Virus record (IMG/VR): IMGVR_UViG_3300027983_002388
Reading direction: 5' to 3' (one strand)
Origin: a virus
Lineage: Duplodnaviria > Caudoviricetes
DNA: 64,000 bases
Below the pieces are notes generated by a model. The model did no database searches and was not told the origin of the DNA. It worked only from the letters and a program-made list of their open reading frames with translations. How positions within the stretch are numbered: the stretch's first letter is position 1; the number at the start of each line of letters is the position of its first letter. The position numbers and the translations under genes were made by a program. This document shows positions 1 through 8,799 of this stretch, piece after piece.

Positions 1-258
1 ACCTTTGAGGTCGTTGTCGATTCCAAAAAATTGATTTTTGGTGATAAATCCAGCTTGGACCAACTGAACGATTTCTGATCCTTCTGTATCGGGTTGTTTA
101 TTGCAGAAGGTCCAGTAAGATTTTTCCATTGGAATTGAATGGATGCCGGTAATTTTTCTATAAGCATTGATCAATTCTTGTCTTGCCTTTATCTTGGCAG
201 AGTTCTTATAATATTCTGGCTGTTCGGCGAAATGATGTTTGTCGAATGGATTTTGCAT
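1..258 (-). CDS. hypothetical protein, runs off window edge
   Basis: ATG at 258, open to position 1 (MQNPFDKHHFAEQPEYYKNS...); not in ORF track because truncated. Confidence 0.6.
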   Translation of the reverse strand, partial: MQNPFDKHHFAEQPEYYKNSAKIKARQELINAYRKITGIHSIPMEKSYWTFCNKQPDTEGSEIVQLVQAGFITKNQFFGIDNDLKG

Positions 259-318
259 GTGTGATTTATAGCACAAATCACACAATTGTTCAAGGACAAA
301 ATAACTGATGAAGATTGA

Positions 319-507
319 CACTGTCACAAGCCTTTAGATGGCAAAGCATCCGAGGATGTAATGAGCAATCAGATCAATGAAAATTTGTTTCCACCAAAGT
401 TCTTAAACTGGCCTGTTCATTTGCATCACGATCATAAGACTGGCATGACAGTAGGTGCAGTTCATTCCCACTGCAACGCTGTATTATGGCAATATCATAA
501 TGAGTAA
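319..507 (+). pseudogene. 5'-truncated HNH/endonuclease VII-like small phage protein
   Basis: HCHKPLDGK...LFPPKFLNWPVHLHHDHKTGMTVGAVHSHCNAVLWQYHNE*; in-frame TGA at 316-318 where the first Cys pair/N-terminus is expected; internal ATG at 361. Confidence 0.55.
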
Positions 508-509
508 AT

Positions 510-890
510 ATGAATTACATCATCGTTCAAGTAGATCAAGATTATGGTCAAGTAGTAGGCGTCAGGTACATTGAAAGTTTTGAAGACAAAGAATCTGCGA
601 ATGCGTTTATTTTAGGAAAGAATGAACAGCGGATCGCAGAATGGAAAAATAGATTAGAATACATTGAACAATGGGTCGATGCTATTGAACTTCCTGAGAC
701 AGATTATCATGGCTGGATTAAATATCTCGAACAATACCATCCATTTGGTGTCATGTATGTGACTCCCGATGACTTCAAAGAAAATTTGAAGAGTTATTTA
801 ACAACACACTCGGTGAAATTGAATGAATATGAGCCGCCTCCAGTAGATTTAGAATGCAACGGTTTTCATATAGTGAAGATGAGTCGGTAG
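510..890 (+). CDS. hypothetical protein
   Basis: 126-aa ORF directly after the preceding stop. Confidence 0.7.
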   Translation: MNYIIVQVDQDYGQVVGVRYIESFEDKESANAFILGKNEQRIAEWKNRLEYIEQWVDAIELPETDYHGWIKYLEQYHPFGVMYVTPDDFKENLKSYLTTHSVKLNEYEPPPVDLECNGFHIVKMSR

Positions 891-892
891 GA

Positions 893-993
893 TTTCAAAG
901 GCTTTTGCAGCCTTTGAAACTCGCTTGGCGTGCAACTTCTGAAACATTTCAATCCACAAAGGCTTTTGTCCCCGTATCCCGCAGCCTTTGAAA
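893..993. repeat. two related palindromic units (CAAAGGCTTTT..GCAGCCTTTGAAAC)
   Basis: 893-919 TTTCAAAGGCT-tttgc-AGCCTTTGAAA 11-bp stem; second copy 957-993 with 12 extra nt in the loop. Confidence 0.75.
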
Positions 994-1120
994 CCGGCTG
1001 GCGTCGATAGACAAATGCCCGGATCTTGTATGAGTGATTCTCGTTATGTAATGATATTTGATAGTTAAATCGTAAATATCTAAAGGAAAGATATTCGATA
1101 AAACAAACATAGAGGCGAAG

Positions 1121-1972
1121 ATGAAATTCAGAAAATGGTTTGAAGTTGTGGAGTTAATGAAGCCGAAAGGTGCAAGAAAGAGCAACATTGTAAGGGATGC
1201 TGGCACGAATACAGCCAGAGGTGCGATTCAGTACAAATGGAAAACACAACTGGGAAGCGAAGTAAAGTTATTGTTTACTCCTGAAGGCAATGACGAATAC
1301 ACGGTTGTTTTTTATGTAAACAATACATTGTATGACGATGCTGCATCTAACACAGAAAATGGTAGAGACCCAGAGATTTTGTCTGGTATTTTTTACTTAT
1401 TAAAGTCCAAGTCGGAAGTAATTGGAGCAAAGACTTTATCGTTTAGGGCACATCAATCTCCTGGCGACACTAAAATTGTGCGAAGTCTAAACATAGATTT
1501 GTATAAGCAACAAGCATTGACAGACATTTTCAATTTCTCAAAAGAATCGTCTACAGTTGTTCCTAATGTTGTACCTCCGAGCGAGAGATCGCTGTCGCTT
1601 ATGAAAAAAATCAACAGGCCGATTCTAACAGTATACGATTTTGAAAAGGATCGTTGGTTGAATTTTGCAAAACAAGTAAAATCAGCAATTGAACAAAACG
1701 AATCGATTTACAATTATGTGAATCAGTTAAAAACTGGAGTAGGGGTTGGCGACTTCCGTACTTTGAATTTTGATATCAACAAATTGATTTATTCTTTAAG
1801 CAATTATCAAAACGCATTTATATCAAATACAGAGCAGGGCTGGAGCAAAACCAAAAACAGACGTGCTGTGATATATGAAAAGCTGTTGAATCGTCATATG
1901 TCTAATGACTGGTCTATTAGTGTTGTTCGTGGCGACAATTTTTTGTTGACTAAAAAACATGATGTGGTTTAA
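1121..1972 (+). CDS. hypothetical protein with capsid-targeting-like N-terminus (MKFRKWFEVVE)
   Basis: 283-aa ORF; N-terminal motif shared with many ORFs in the window. Confidence 0.7.
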   Translation: MKFRKWFEVVELMKPKGARKSNIVRDAGTNTARGAIQYKWKTQLGSEVKLLFTPEGNDEYTVVFYVNNTLYDDAASNTENGRDPEILSGIFYLLKSKSEVIGAKTLSFRAHQSPGDTKIVRSLNIDLYKQQALTDIFNFSKESSTVVPNVVPPSERSLSLMKKINRPILTVYDFEKDRWLNFAKQVKSAIEQNESIYNYVNQLKTGVGVGDFRTLNFDINKLIYSLSNYQNAFISNTEQGWSKTKNRRAVIYEKLLNRHMSNDWSISVVRGDNFLLTKKHDVV

Positions 1973-1979
1973 TGAATGC

Positions 1980-2009
1980 GTGAAACAGTGAAACAGTGAA
2001 ACAGTGAAA
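1980..2009 (+). repeat. 8-bp tandem repeat (GTGAAACA)x3.75, intergenic
   Basis: gtgaaaca gtgaaaca gtgaaaca gtgaaa read directly. Confidence 0.9.
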
Positions 2010-2024
2010 GTTGAATAAGGAAAC

Positions 2025-2288
2025 ATGATGTCAGACGAGAATTGGGAATGGGCCGAGCGAGGAATAAGTCCTAATGACAATTTCAAGCCTACGGTGATAA
2101 CGGATGGTGGTCCTTGGGCGACTCACAACATGCCTTGTGCTGTATTGAATCAAACGGAGAAGGCTGTATTGGACATGAATAGTAATGTATTTCAACCGTC
2201 TTGGAAGGCACAATCTGAGGGCTGGCGATTAGTTCATGCTCGGAGTTGGTTTCAAAGGTTTTTGTTAAAAGTTGCGGGTTTGGTTTAG
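2025..2288 (+). CDS. hypothetical protein
   Basis: 87-aa ORF with AAGGA SD. Confidence 0.6.
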   Translation: MMSDENWEWAERGISPNDNFKPTVITDGGPWATHNMPCAVLNQTEKAVLDMNSNVFQPSWKAQSEGWRLVHARSWFQRFLLKVAGLV

Positions 2289-2327
2289 CAATTGTCTATA
2301 ATGTAGCTTAAAGCTATTTATGGACAA

Positions 2328-2849
2328 TTGCGATCTATGATTGACGAAAGACTTCTTCAAGATAAGTACATATTAACAAATGTAAGACAAGGTGGAGTTT
2401 CTGATTTCATTGAAGATGAAATACGTCGCATTTGCGATTGTCCGAAGAAAGGCGAAAAGTCGATTGGCGATTTGTTTATTGATGGAAGTCCGTTAAACAT
2501 AAAGACGATTGACATAGGAAAGAGTTTTCATATGCCCAATTTAGTTTCTGCAAAGAAGGCGTTTGATTTTCTTCAGAAACCAGAAAACAAGCTGCGATAT
2601 ATGTTTGTTGAATACGAAAAAAATGGAGACATAGTGGAAATCAAAAGAGAAACCATCAAAGAGATCGAAGAGTTGTCTGACGTTAAAATACAAGCTCAAG
2701 GAGAGGGAGTAATTCAACTTCAAAGTTTGACATTTAGGGATCACATTGATGAATTCAGAGTGCTTATGCGAGACTTCATCAATAGACAAAACAAAAAATG
2801 GGAAATGCGATGGGACTATTATGGTTTACAACAAAAAACTTTGTTGTAA
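2328..2849 (+). CDS. putative PD-(D/E)xK restriction-endonuclease-like protein
   Basis: SDFIEDE...SIGDLFIDGSPLNIKT pattern (E..D..xNxK). Confidence 0.45.
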   Translation: MRSMIDERLLQDKYILTNVRQGGVSDFIEDEIRRICDCPKKGEKSIGDLFIDGSPLNIKTIDIGKSFHMPNLVSAKKAFDFLQKPENKLRYMFVEYEKNGDIVEIKRETIKEIEELSDVKIQAQGEGVIQLQSLTFRDHIDEFRVLMRDFINRQNKKWEMRWDYYGLQQKTLL

Positions 2850-2864
2850 ACCATAAATACAATT

Positions 2865-3221
2865 ATGACAGCATCATCAGTAACAGGCGTATCAGGACCA
2901 GGCGCAGCAACAAGCAAAGGTCCACACAACAATCGTGACACTTATGTACCATTGGCTGGTCCAAGAGTGATTGTGGCAGGATCGGCAACACTAGACGGAG
3001 GGGGCGGCTTTACACTAGAGTTTCCTACGCCACTACCCGGTGGATTCTACAACTATTCTTACGCTGTAACGCCTCTAGGTTCGGAACGATTCTCTGTAAC
3101 TGTCGGTGGAGCCGAAAACGCTGAAGGCGAGCTAGCAAGCATCACCATCATTGGCAACAGCAACAAGACGATTACTTATATGGTAGTCAGCAATGGGCAA
3201 GCAGCCATTCCTTTAAGCTAA
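2865..3221 (+). CDS. putative virion structural protein, paralog of 11375..11713
   Basis: G/S/T-rich beta-type sequence; N-terminus SVTGVSGPG shared; TAAATA box 5 nt upstream. Confidence 0.55.
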   Translation: MTASSVTGVSGPGAATSKGPHNNRDTYVPLAGPRVIVAGSATLDGGGGFTLEFPTPLPGGFYNYSYAVTPLGSERFSVTVGGAENAEGELASITIIGNSNKTITYMVVSNGQAAIPLS

Positions 3222-3233
3222 AGGAGCAGGCTC

Positions 3234-3686
3234 TTATTCCTTCAGCACAGCCTTCTTGACGTGCTTGTTTTTATTCATCCATTCTAAAAACGCAGGTCTG
3301 CTTTTGCGTGTTGACACTTTGACTTCATAGGTGAATTCTTCTGTTTGTTTCACGGCAAGAATTTTTCCCCCATCATCAGATACAATCTTGGCCAAGGATC
3401 GTGCGTCGGATTCTTTGGTGACATCTACGACAACCGTAAGTTGCTGTGTTGAGGTTAGCTCATAGGTTATCACGCCTATTCCAGCCAAAGCCATAACCGA
3501 AGCCATTGACAAAACAATTCGCTGAGTCCATTTCATGAATGAGTTGGACTTCTGTTTTGCTGGCATTACGATTCGCCCCATGTCAACAAGACAGTCTTCC
3601 ATACTTCCTTGTTCTTTCATAAATTTCAAATGTCCCGGTAGGTTCTCAAGGGACATTGGAATTTGTTCATCTTTTGGTGTTGCCAT
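3234..3686 (-). CDS. single-pass membrane protein
   Basis: AGGAG SD; hydrophobic IVLSMASVMALAGIGVITY. Confidence 0.7.
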   Translation of the reverse strand: MATPKDEQIPMSLENLPGHLKFMKEQGSMEDCLVDMGRIVMPAKQKSNSFMKWTQRIVLSMASVMALAGIGVITYELTSTQQLTVVVDVTKESDARSLAKIVSDDGGKILAVKQTEEFTYEVKVSTRKSRPAFLEWMNKNKHVKKAVLKE

Positions 3687-3721
3687 TTTATCTCCTTTTT
3701 GGTGGCTAACGTATTTAGTAT

Positions 3722-4000
3722 ATGCTCAATACAATTACACCAGAATTCGTCCACTACATCCCTGAAGACATGCAAGAAGGCGTACTGTATGTTTCTTTGG
3801 AGTACAGCACAGCGATCCACAAGTGCTGCTGTGGCTGCGGACATCAAGTCTGTACGCCAATTGATCCCAATCCACCACACAACGGCTGGACGCTTATAAA
3901 CGACGATGGCAAGGTATCTCTCAGCCCGTCAATAGGCAACTTCCAGTTGTCTTGTAAAACACACTACTTCATCAAAGAAAACCAAGTCATGTGGTGTTAA
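3722..4000 (+). CDS. DUF6527-like Cys/His zinc-binding protein
   Basis: GVLYVS..Y.TAIHKCCCGCG...TP...GWTL....GKVSLSPSIGN..LSCKTHYFI pattern recognised from memory. Confidence 0.7.
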   Translation: MLNTITPEFVHYIPEDMQEGVLYVSLEYSTAIHKCCCGCGHQVCTPIDPNPPHNGWTLINDDGKVSLSPSIGNFQLSCKTHYFIKENQVMWC

Positions 4001-4076
4001 TTACTTCACGACATATTAGCAAATTAGTGGAGGAAATGTACGCTGAAGATTACAAACTATTTGAGTATATATTTTA

Positions 4077-4319
4077 ATGGAATCATTCAAAGAATATATC
4101 AACGAAGGAAAAGATCGAGGCAACAATAGGATTGAGGCCATATCGACTCTCGTATCTGCTTTGAAAACAGCACTCGGTCAGTACGATATATCAACCCGTC
4201 ATTTCGTCTGGGAGCATCTCAACAGCCAAAAAGGGAAAGAATTGATGGAAAAGATTCTACGCAATCCGAAAACCTACCTTTCCGACAGCGAATTCACCAA
4301 GTTGGTTATAAAGAAATGA
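4077..4319 (+). CDS. small protein with capsid-targeting-like N-terminus (MESFKEYINEG)
   Basis: very close to T4 IP-type MKTYQEFIAE; TATATA 5 nt upstream. Confidence 0.75.
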   Translation: MESFKEYINEGKDRGNNRIEAISTLVSALKTALGQYDISTRHFVWEHLNSQKGKELMEKILRNPKTYLSDSEFTKLVIKK

Positions 4320-4409
4320 CGTGTTGACTTCAGACGAGAAAAGAGTAAATTGTGTTGGATCAGTTGGATCGCCGACTGAAATTTCCGATTCTCTCGAAGG
4401 AGTCTTGCA

Positions 4410-4949
4410 GTGAAGAAGTTTCTCTCAGTTATGGCTGCAATCGCAGTCCTCGTGGCCTGGAGTGGCACAGCTCCGGCTCAATGTGGCAGCGGGCGTTTCT
4501 TTAGTGGCCAAAACCAATGCGAGAATGGCTACTTCGGTGGTTGGCGAGTGATTCACTCGAACTATTCCCCCGTCTACTCGCACAGCAGCTTTGGATCGTG
4601 TTCCAGTGGAGGATATGTGACGGCGAGTCAACCAGTGCCTCAGACGGTGCCATACATCGAAAACAAAGGCACCAACAAGGCCGTGATGCCTGATCCAAAT
4701 TACCAACCCTATAAGGGTGGCAATTTGCCAGCTCCTACTCCAAAGAAGACTTCCCAACCGGGAGACCTTCCTCTGCCTCCGAAGAAGATTCAGCCGCCGA
4801 ATCCTCGCCAAGATGGATTTCCCGAAGGGACCATTCAGATTGACAACCAATCGTATGGCAGATTGCTTGACGGTACTTACGCCAAGATTTCCGATGGGAC
4901 GTACTCTCGCTTGAAGGGCAATACGGCATACGGAAGTTACTCGAAGTAA
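4410..4949 (+). CDS. secreted Pro/Gly-rich protein
   Basis: signal peptide MKKFLSVMAAIAVLVAWSGTAPA; low-complexity C-terminal part; starts at GTG. Confidence 0.65.
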   Translation: MKKFLSVMAAIAVLVAWSGTAPAQCGSGRFFSGQNQCENGYFGGWRVIHSNYSPVYSHSSFGSCSSGGYVTASQPVPQTVPYIENKGTNKAVMPDPNYQPYKGGNLPAPTPKKTSQPGDLPLPPKKIQPPNPRQDGFPEGTIQIDNQSYGRLLDGTYAKISDGTYSRLKGNTAYGSYSK

Positions 4950-5002
4950 TTTGAGTCAGTATCAAAAAGCAAAAGCCAGGGATCAAACCCTGGCTTTTGT
5001 CG

Positions 5003-5371
5003 TTATTTGGGGGCTGGATAACGGTCTATTCTGTTTTTTCGGTCATAAGACCCAAGCATATGACCCTGACGATAATCGTCACTTAATGTCCAACGGATTG
5101 GACCCAGCCACTTGCCATGCCCCCCATCCCAATATCCAGTCATAAATGTAGCTGACGGGGTTGCTGGTTGTGTAGTCGCTCCCACTGCGGGGGCAACTGG
5201 ACTTGATTCTGACGGTACAGGAACAGGTTGAACCTGCCTGATTTCTGACATAGGCGATTCGTTGATTGGACGAGCCTCCGGCTTAACTCGCACAATGCTA
5301 ATGATACCTAAGATCACAAGTGGAGTCGAAAGTATCGCCAACAATAATACGACAAAGAAACTCTTTTTCAT
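5003..5371 (-). CDS. membrane-anchored Pro-rich protein
   Basis: GGAGG SD; N-terminal hydrophobic helix. Confidence 0.7.
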   Translation of the reverse strand: MKKSFFVVLLLAILSTPLVILGIISIVRVKPEARPINESPMSEIRQVQPVPVPSESSPVAPAVGATTQPATPSATFMTGYWDGGHGKWLGPIRWTLSDDYRQGHMLGSYDRKNRIDRYPAPK

Positions 5372-5432
5372 AAGTCCTCCTTTATCGTATATACCTGCAC
5401 ACTGGAATAATTCAGAGGTTACAAGAAGTTAA

Positions 5433-6383
5433 ATGCGAGTTGCATCTATCACTATGATCGGTCAGTTTCCCGATGGGATCAACATTCATGTAAGAAATTT
5501 GAAATGGGCATTGACGGAAGATGACCACATTTTCATCATTACTTTGCCATCTTTTATTGAATCTCTTGATCTAAAAAACGATAAGCAAGTCACCTACATT
5601 CCCTTCCATACACAACTTAATTCGGAAAAAGGATTCATCAACTTTTGGAAATATTTTCCGAAAATAATCAAAGAGTACAAAATATACCCTGAGTGGTTTT
5701 TGTTCATGGAGGAAGACATTTGGTTTTTTGCCAAGCCACTACTCCAAAGCGATCCTAAAATTATCCGTGGATATTTACCTCGTGGCTCGTACAGAAACAT
5801 CTTACTCGACGACCAAATCATACACAATCGAGTGTGGGAAGGTGCGCAGGTAATCCACAGTGATATTGTGAAAAACGCCATCAATTTCGGCATCGACTTT
5901 TCTTTTGTGCGAAACACATTCTTGGTCAAGAACAGAAAAAAATACGAAGATGAATTTGGTGGCGAGATTACCATGTCCATGTATCAGAACCCTGATACAT
6001 TTGACGAGTTTGGTCTATATTGCGCTTTGGTCGAAAAGACGAAAATGCAACATGAAGTTAAAGCTCTGCATGTTCGTGGGCCGGAAAGTCTGCACCGCAT
6101 GTATCCCGATGCTTATTTGCACGCAACCAAACAACGCATAGATGAAATACAAAAGAAATTGCCATATATTGATGTTCTACTTGCTGTTGCTGTATATTAC
6201 ACAGTTGGATTGTGGAAGCACATTCATCATTTGGACTGGACCAAGGCTCAGATAGAAAGTAAGAGAGAAATACAGCGGCTGTTGTTGACTGGTAACGAAT
6301 GGATTACATTCGAGGAATACACCAAATTAGATTCATTGCATGTCTTAATGAATGGCTTATCTCCGAGCAGGAAGAAGGTATAA
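5433..6383 (+). CDS. putative GT-A fold glycosyltransferase-like protein
   Basis: 316 aa; WFLFMEEDIW (DxD-like acidic motif after a hydrophobic strand). Confidence 0.45.
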   Translation: MRVASITMIGQFPDGINIHVRNLKWALTEDDHIFIITLPSFIESLDLKNDKQVTYIPFHTQLNSEKGFINFWKYFPKIIKEYKIYPEWFLFMEEDIWFFAKPLLQSDPKIIRGYLPRGSYRNILLDDQIIHNRVWEGAQVIHSDIVKNAINFGIDFSFVRNTFLVKNRKKYEDEFGGEITMSMYQNPDTFDEFGLYCALVEKTKMQHEVKALHVRGPESLHRMYPDAYLHATKQRIDEIQKKLPYIDVLLAVAVYYTVGLWKHIHHLDWTKAQIESKREIQRLLLTGNEWITFEEYTKLDSLHVLMNGLSPSRKKV

Positions 6384-6505
6384 TGCGATATACTCATTCT
6401 CCGGGCGATCTCGATCAGCAATCGTCGGTTTCTATGTGAGAAAGCCGGACTTCTATCGGTACGAGCAAGACTGATAAGCCAAGCTGGTTTCACCCGGAGA
6501 GTGAG

Positions 6506-6913
6506 TTGTCTTTGGTCAAATTTATTGGATTCGATATGATACGCAAAATTACTGATCCGTGGGAAGTAAGCAAAGATGCACCGCCCAAGACTCTGGAAGG
6601 AGCCATCGTATTTTTGAATAATTGGTTATCTCAAACATCAGGTAAAGAAAAAGACGAAGACCCTGAGCAACCTATGATTGAGGTAGTTACAAAGATGATA
6701 AACGAAAACCCAACCGAATGGTGGCTTGGACATCATTTCGGTTGGGGCATGGGTATGAGAAACATACTTCGCAAGAATGGATACGACGAGCAAACGCTCG
6801 GCGTCAGCAATCTTGACGATTACTACATTGGGCTGATCGAGCAAGCATGTTTAGGCAAGGGAAACCATCACCATGAAATGCCTAGTCTCGACGCCGATAG
6901 TACAAAAGAATGA
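6506..6913 (+). CDS. DUF6794-like hypothetical protein
   Basis: PKTLEGAI...HHFGWGMGMRN pattern; N-terminal RKITDPWEVS motif. Confidence 0.5.
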   Translation: MSLVKFIGFDMIRKITDPWEVSKDAPPKTLEGAIVFLNNWLSQTSGKEKDEDPEQPMIEVVTKMINENPTEWWLGHHFGWGMGMRNILRKNGYDEQTLGVSNLDDYYIGLIEQACLGKGNHHHEMPSLDADSTKE

Positions 6914-6998
6914 CTCGTCTAATGTGATCTGCTTCGATTTTTCCCCACGATCCATCGTCGTGAAAAATCTCTTTAATGAATTTCCATATTCGGTTCAT
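6882..6998 (-). CDS. 38-aa small ORF (MNRIWKFIKEIFHDDG...)
   Basis: AAGGAGG SD and upstream TAAATA; below ORF-track length cutoff. Confidence 0.45.
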   Translation of the reverse strand: MNRIWKFIKEIFHDDGSWGKIEADHIRRVILLYYRRRD

Positions 6999-7031
6999 AT
7001 AGCCTCCTTTGCCAAAAGGAACCGAATGTAT

Positions 7032-7628
7032 TTATCCTACCTGTCGATACTTCACTTTTTCTTGGAATTCATTTGGATGAATTAAACCCAACAAACTGGG
7101 TTTATCAGTTGCAAATTGATCCCAACTGATGCTTCTGTTGAAATTATTGATTTGAGTTGCTTGGATGTCACATTCGATGACGCCGCAGCCCCAATCAATA
7201 TCGAAGAACATCAAACTTATTTTCCAACTACGGTCGCATGGACAGGCGACGTGTGGAAGTCATTCGTAAAGTTCCGAAACTCCTGGAATCTTCCAGCGTA
7301 TGTTGTTGAGATAAGGATTGCAATCATGGACAACAATAGTGCCACCAATATTGATGCTCCGAATGGAATTCAAGATGTCTTTGTCTACTTGATCTGATTG
7401 ATGCAATCCATCAATGAAAATCAAATCAAACTTTTGTGTATTGAAAGCAAAGAATTCATCTGAAGTGATTTGATATGTGGCCGCAGTATTATTCGGGTCT
7501 ACACAAAATTTGTGTTCACATTGGATGTGCTGGTATGTGTCAAATGTACCAATACCTATTTCCAAGTAGCTTTTGTAAGATAGCTCTTTAATCAAGAACG
7601 AAATCAATTCGAGTCGAGTTGAAAACAT
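7032..7628 (-). pseudogene. class I SAM methyltransferase (Methyltransf_24-like) disrupted by an internal 105-bp inversion (7203-7307)
   Basis: YLEIG, FDLIFIDGLH, VVHDCNP on the - strand; WTGDVWKSFVKFR on the + strand; DIDWGCGVI again on the - strand; re-inversion gives one 198-aa ORF. Confidence 0.85.
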
Positions 7629-7630
7629 CC

Positions 7631-8359
7631 TTAAAATTTCACTTGAGCCAAACACGGCGGCATAATTTGTTTGAGCATTGACACTGGAATATACGCCATG
7701 AGTTTATCTTGCTGGCTTCTAGGATCAGGGCGAACTCGCAATGTTGCAGCACCCATCCGATAGTTACCTCGTTGATCGAATCCCTCATCTTCGGCCCCGG
7801 CTCGCATCTCTTCTATGAGCTTTTTGGCTTCAGCAACGCTTACCAACACGATTTTGCCGCCAACTCGACTTAGAACAGCATAGAACTCAGCTTTGCCAAC
7901 CATGTCTCTACCAGGGACGCCACGGCGATAATCCTTCATGACTTCAAAGAGAATATCATCTCCAGTATCACGATATTTGATTTGAATGGGTTTTTCACCG
8001 CTGGGAGTGTCCCACCATCCGTCAACCTTGTCATATTTATCTTCTTGAGTGGATGGCTCTCTAAGTTTCATTCCACATTGAACCAAGCTATCAAATATCT
8101 GCTTTTCAATACTTTTGCCATATTGAACTCTCTGGTCAATGTCCTGAAATCTATTGCCCATACGCATTTGAGGCGGTGAAGTACGATCAGCAGGGTTTGG
8201 AGCATGACCAAGAGATGGCTTAGGAATTTCTTCTTCAGGATTTGTCACAGGTATCACCGGCTTTTGTTGTTGCATACGACGAGGATCACGGCCAAAGGCT
8301 CCACCTACGGGGCCTCGCCAGCGAGCTTCATTAGTTGATAACCATTTTGAAAAGTTCAT
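7631..8359 (-). CDS. PD-(D/E)xK-like nuclease domain protein with capsid-targeting-like N-terminus (MNFSKWLSTNEA)
   Basis: GKSIEKQI...EDKYDKVDGW...IQIKYR; TAAATA 4 nt upstream. Confidence 0.6.
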   Translation of the reverse strand: MNFSKWLSTNEARWRGPVGGAFGRDPRRMQQQKPVIPVTNPEEEIPKPSLGHAPNPADRTSPPQMRMGNRFQDIDQRVQYGKSIEKQIFDSLVQCGMKLREPSTQEDKYDKVDGWWDTPSGEKPIQIKYRDTGDDILFEVMKDYRRGVPGRDMVGKAEFYAVLSRVGGKIVLVSVAEAKKLIEEMRAGAEDEGFDQRGNYRMGAATLRVRPDPRSQQDKLMAYIPVSMLKQIMPPCLAQVKF

Positions 8360-8411
8360 AGCTTATTTATCTCCCAAGCTACATATTATTCAAAGTTAAA
8401 TATAATGAAAT

Positions 8412-8688
8412 ATGATTGAGCATGAACCAGAAGAAATCCGAATCAAAACATACAAAGACCCTTTAATGGATGGGAAGCTCCTCATGGGACACACACACAC
8501 AATATAAAGGCAACAGCCATATGGGTGCTGGATATTTCTTTGCGCCTTACGTCCCTTTGACTCGAACTCCGACCGTTTTTGGTCAGACGCACCAAGCTGT
8601 TGATTACGCTCGTGGTGATGATGTTGTAAAGCCAACAAAAGCTCACAGAAGCATCACCGATCCGTGGGAAGTTTCTCGATTCGACTGA
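8412..8688 (+). pseudogene. major capsid protein (gp23-like) C-terminal mini-gene, frameshifted at a (CA)6 tract
   Basis: frame 1 IKTYKDPLMDGKLLMG (8412-8489) + 13-nt CACACACACACAA + frame 2 YKGNSHMGAGYFFAPYVPLTRTP; matches the gp23 C-terminal YKG...GY(F/Y)(A/C)PY(V/I)PL motif. Confidence 0.7.
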
Positions 8689-8799
8689 AATAAACTGCTT
8701 GTATTCGGCTGTCCAGCAAGTAAAATGAAAGTTGACAGTACAAGACCAGCGTGCCGTCCAATTTCAATTCTGCTGGCCAATCCCTCACGGAGTCAAAAC

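Noticed and set aside
6383-6505. TGA read-through (Sec/Trp) joining an 18-codon ORF to 6506..6913
   Set aside because: In frame, but there is no redox motif or SECIS-like hairpin and the joined peptide is not recognisable
7116-7397. 93-aa + strand ORF as an independent gene
   Set aside because: Only its middle 35 codons are meaningful, and they belong to the inverted methyltransferase segment; the flanks are antisense shadow
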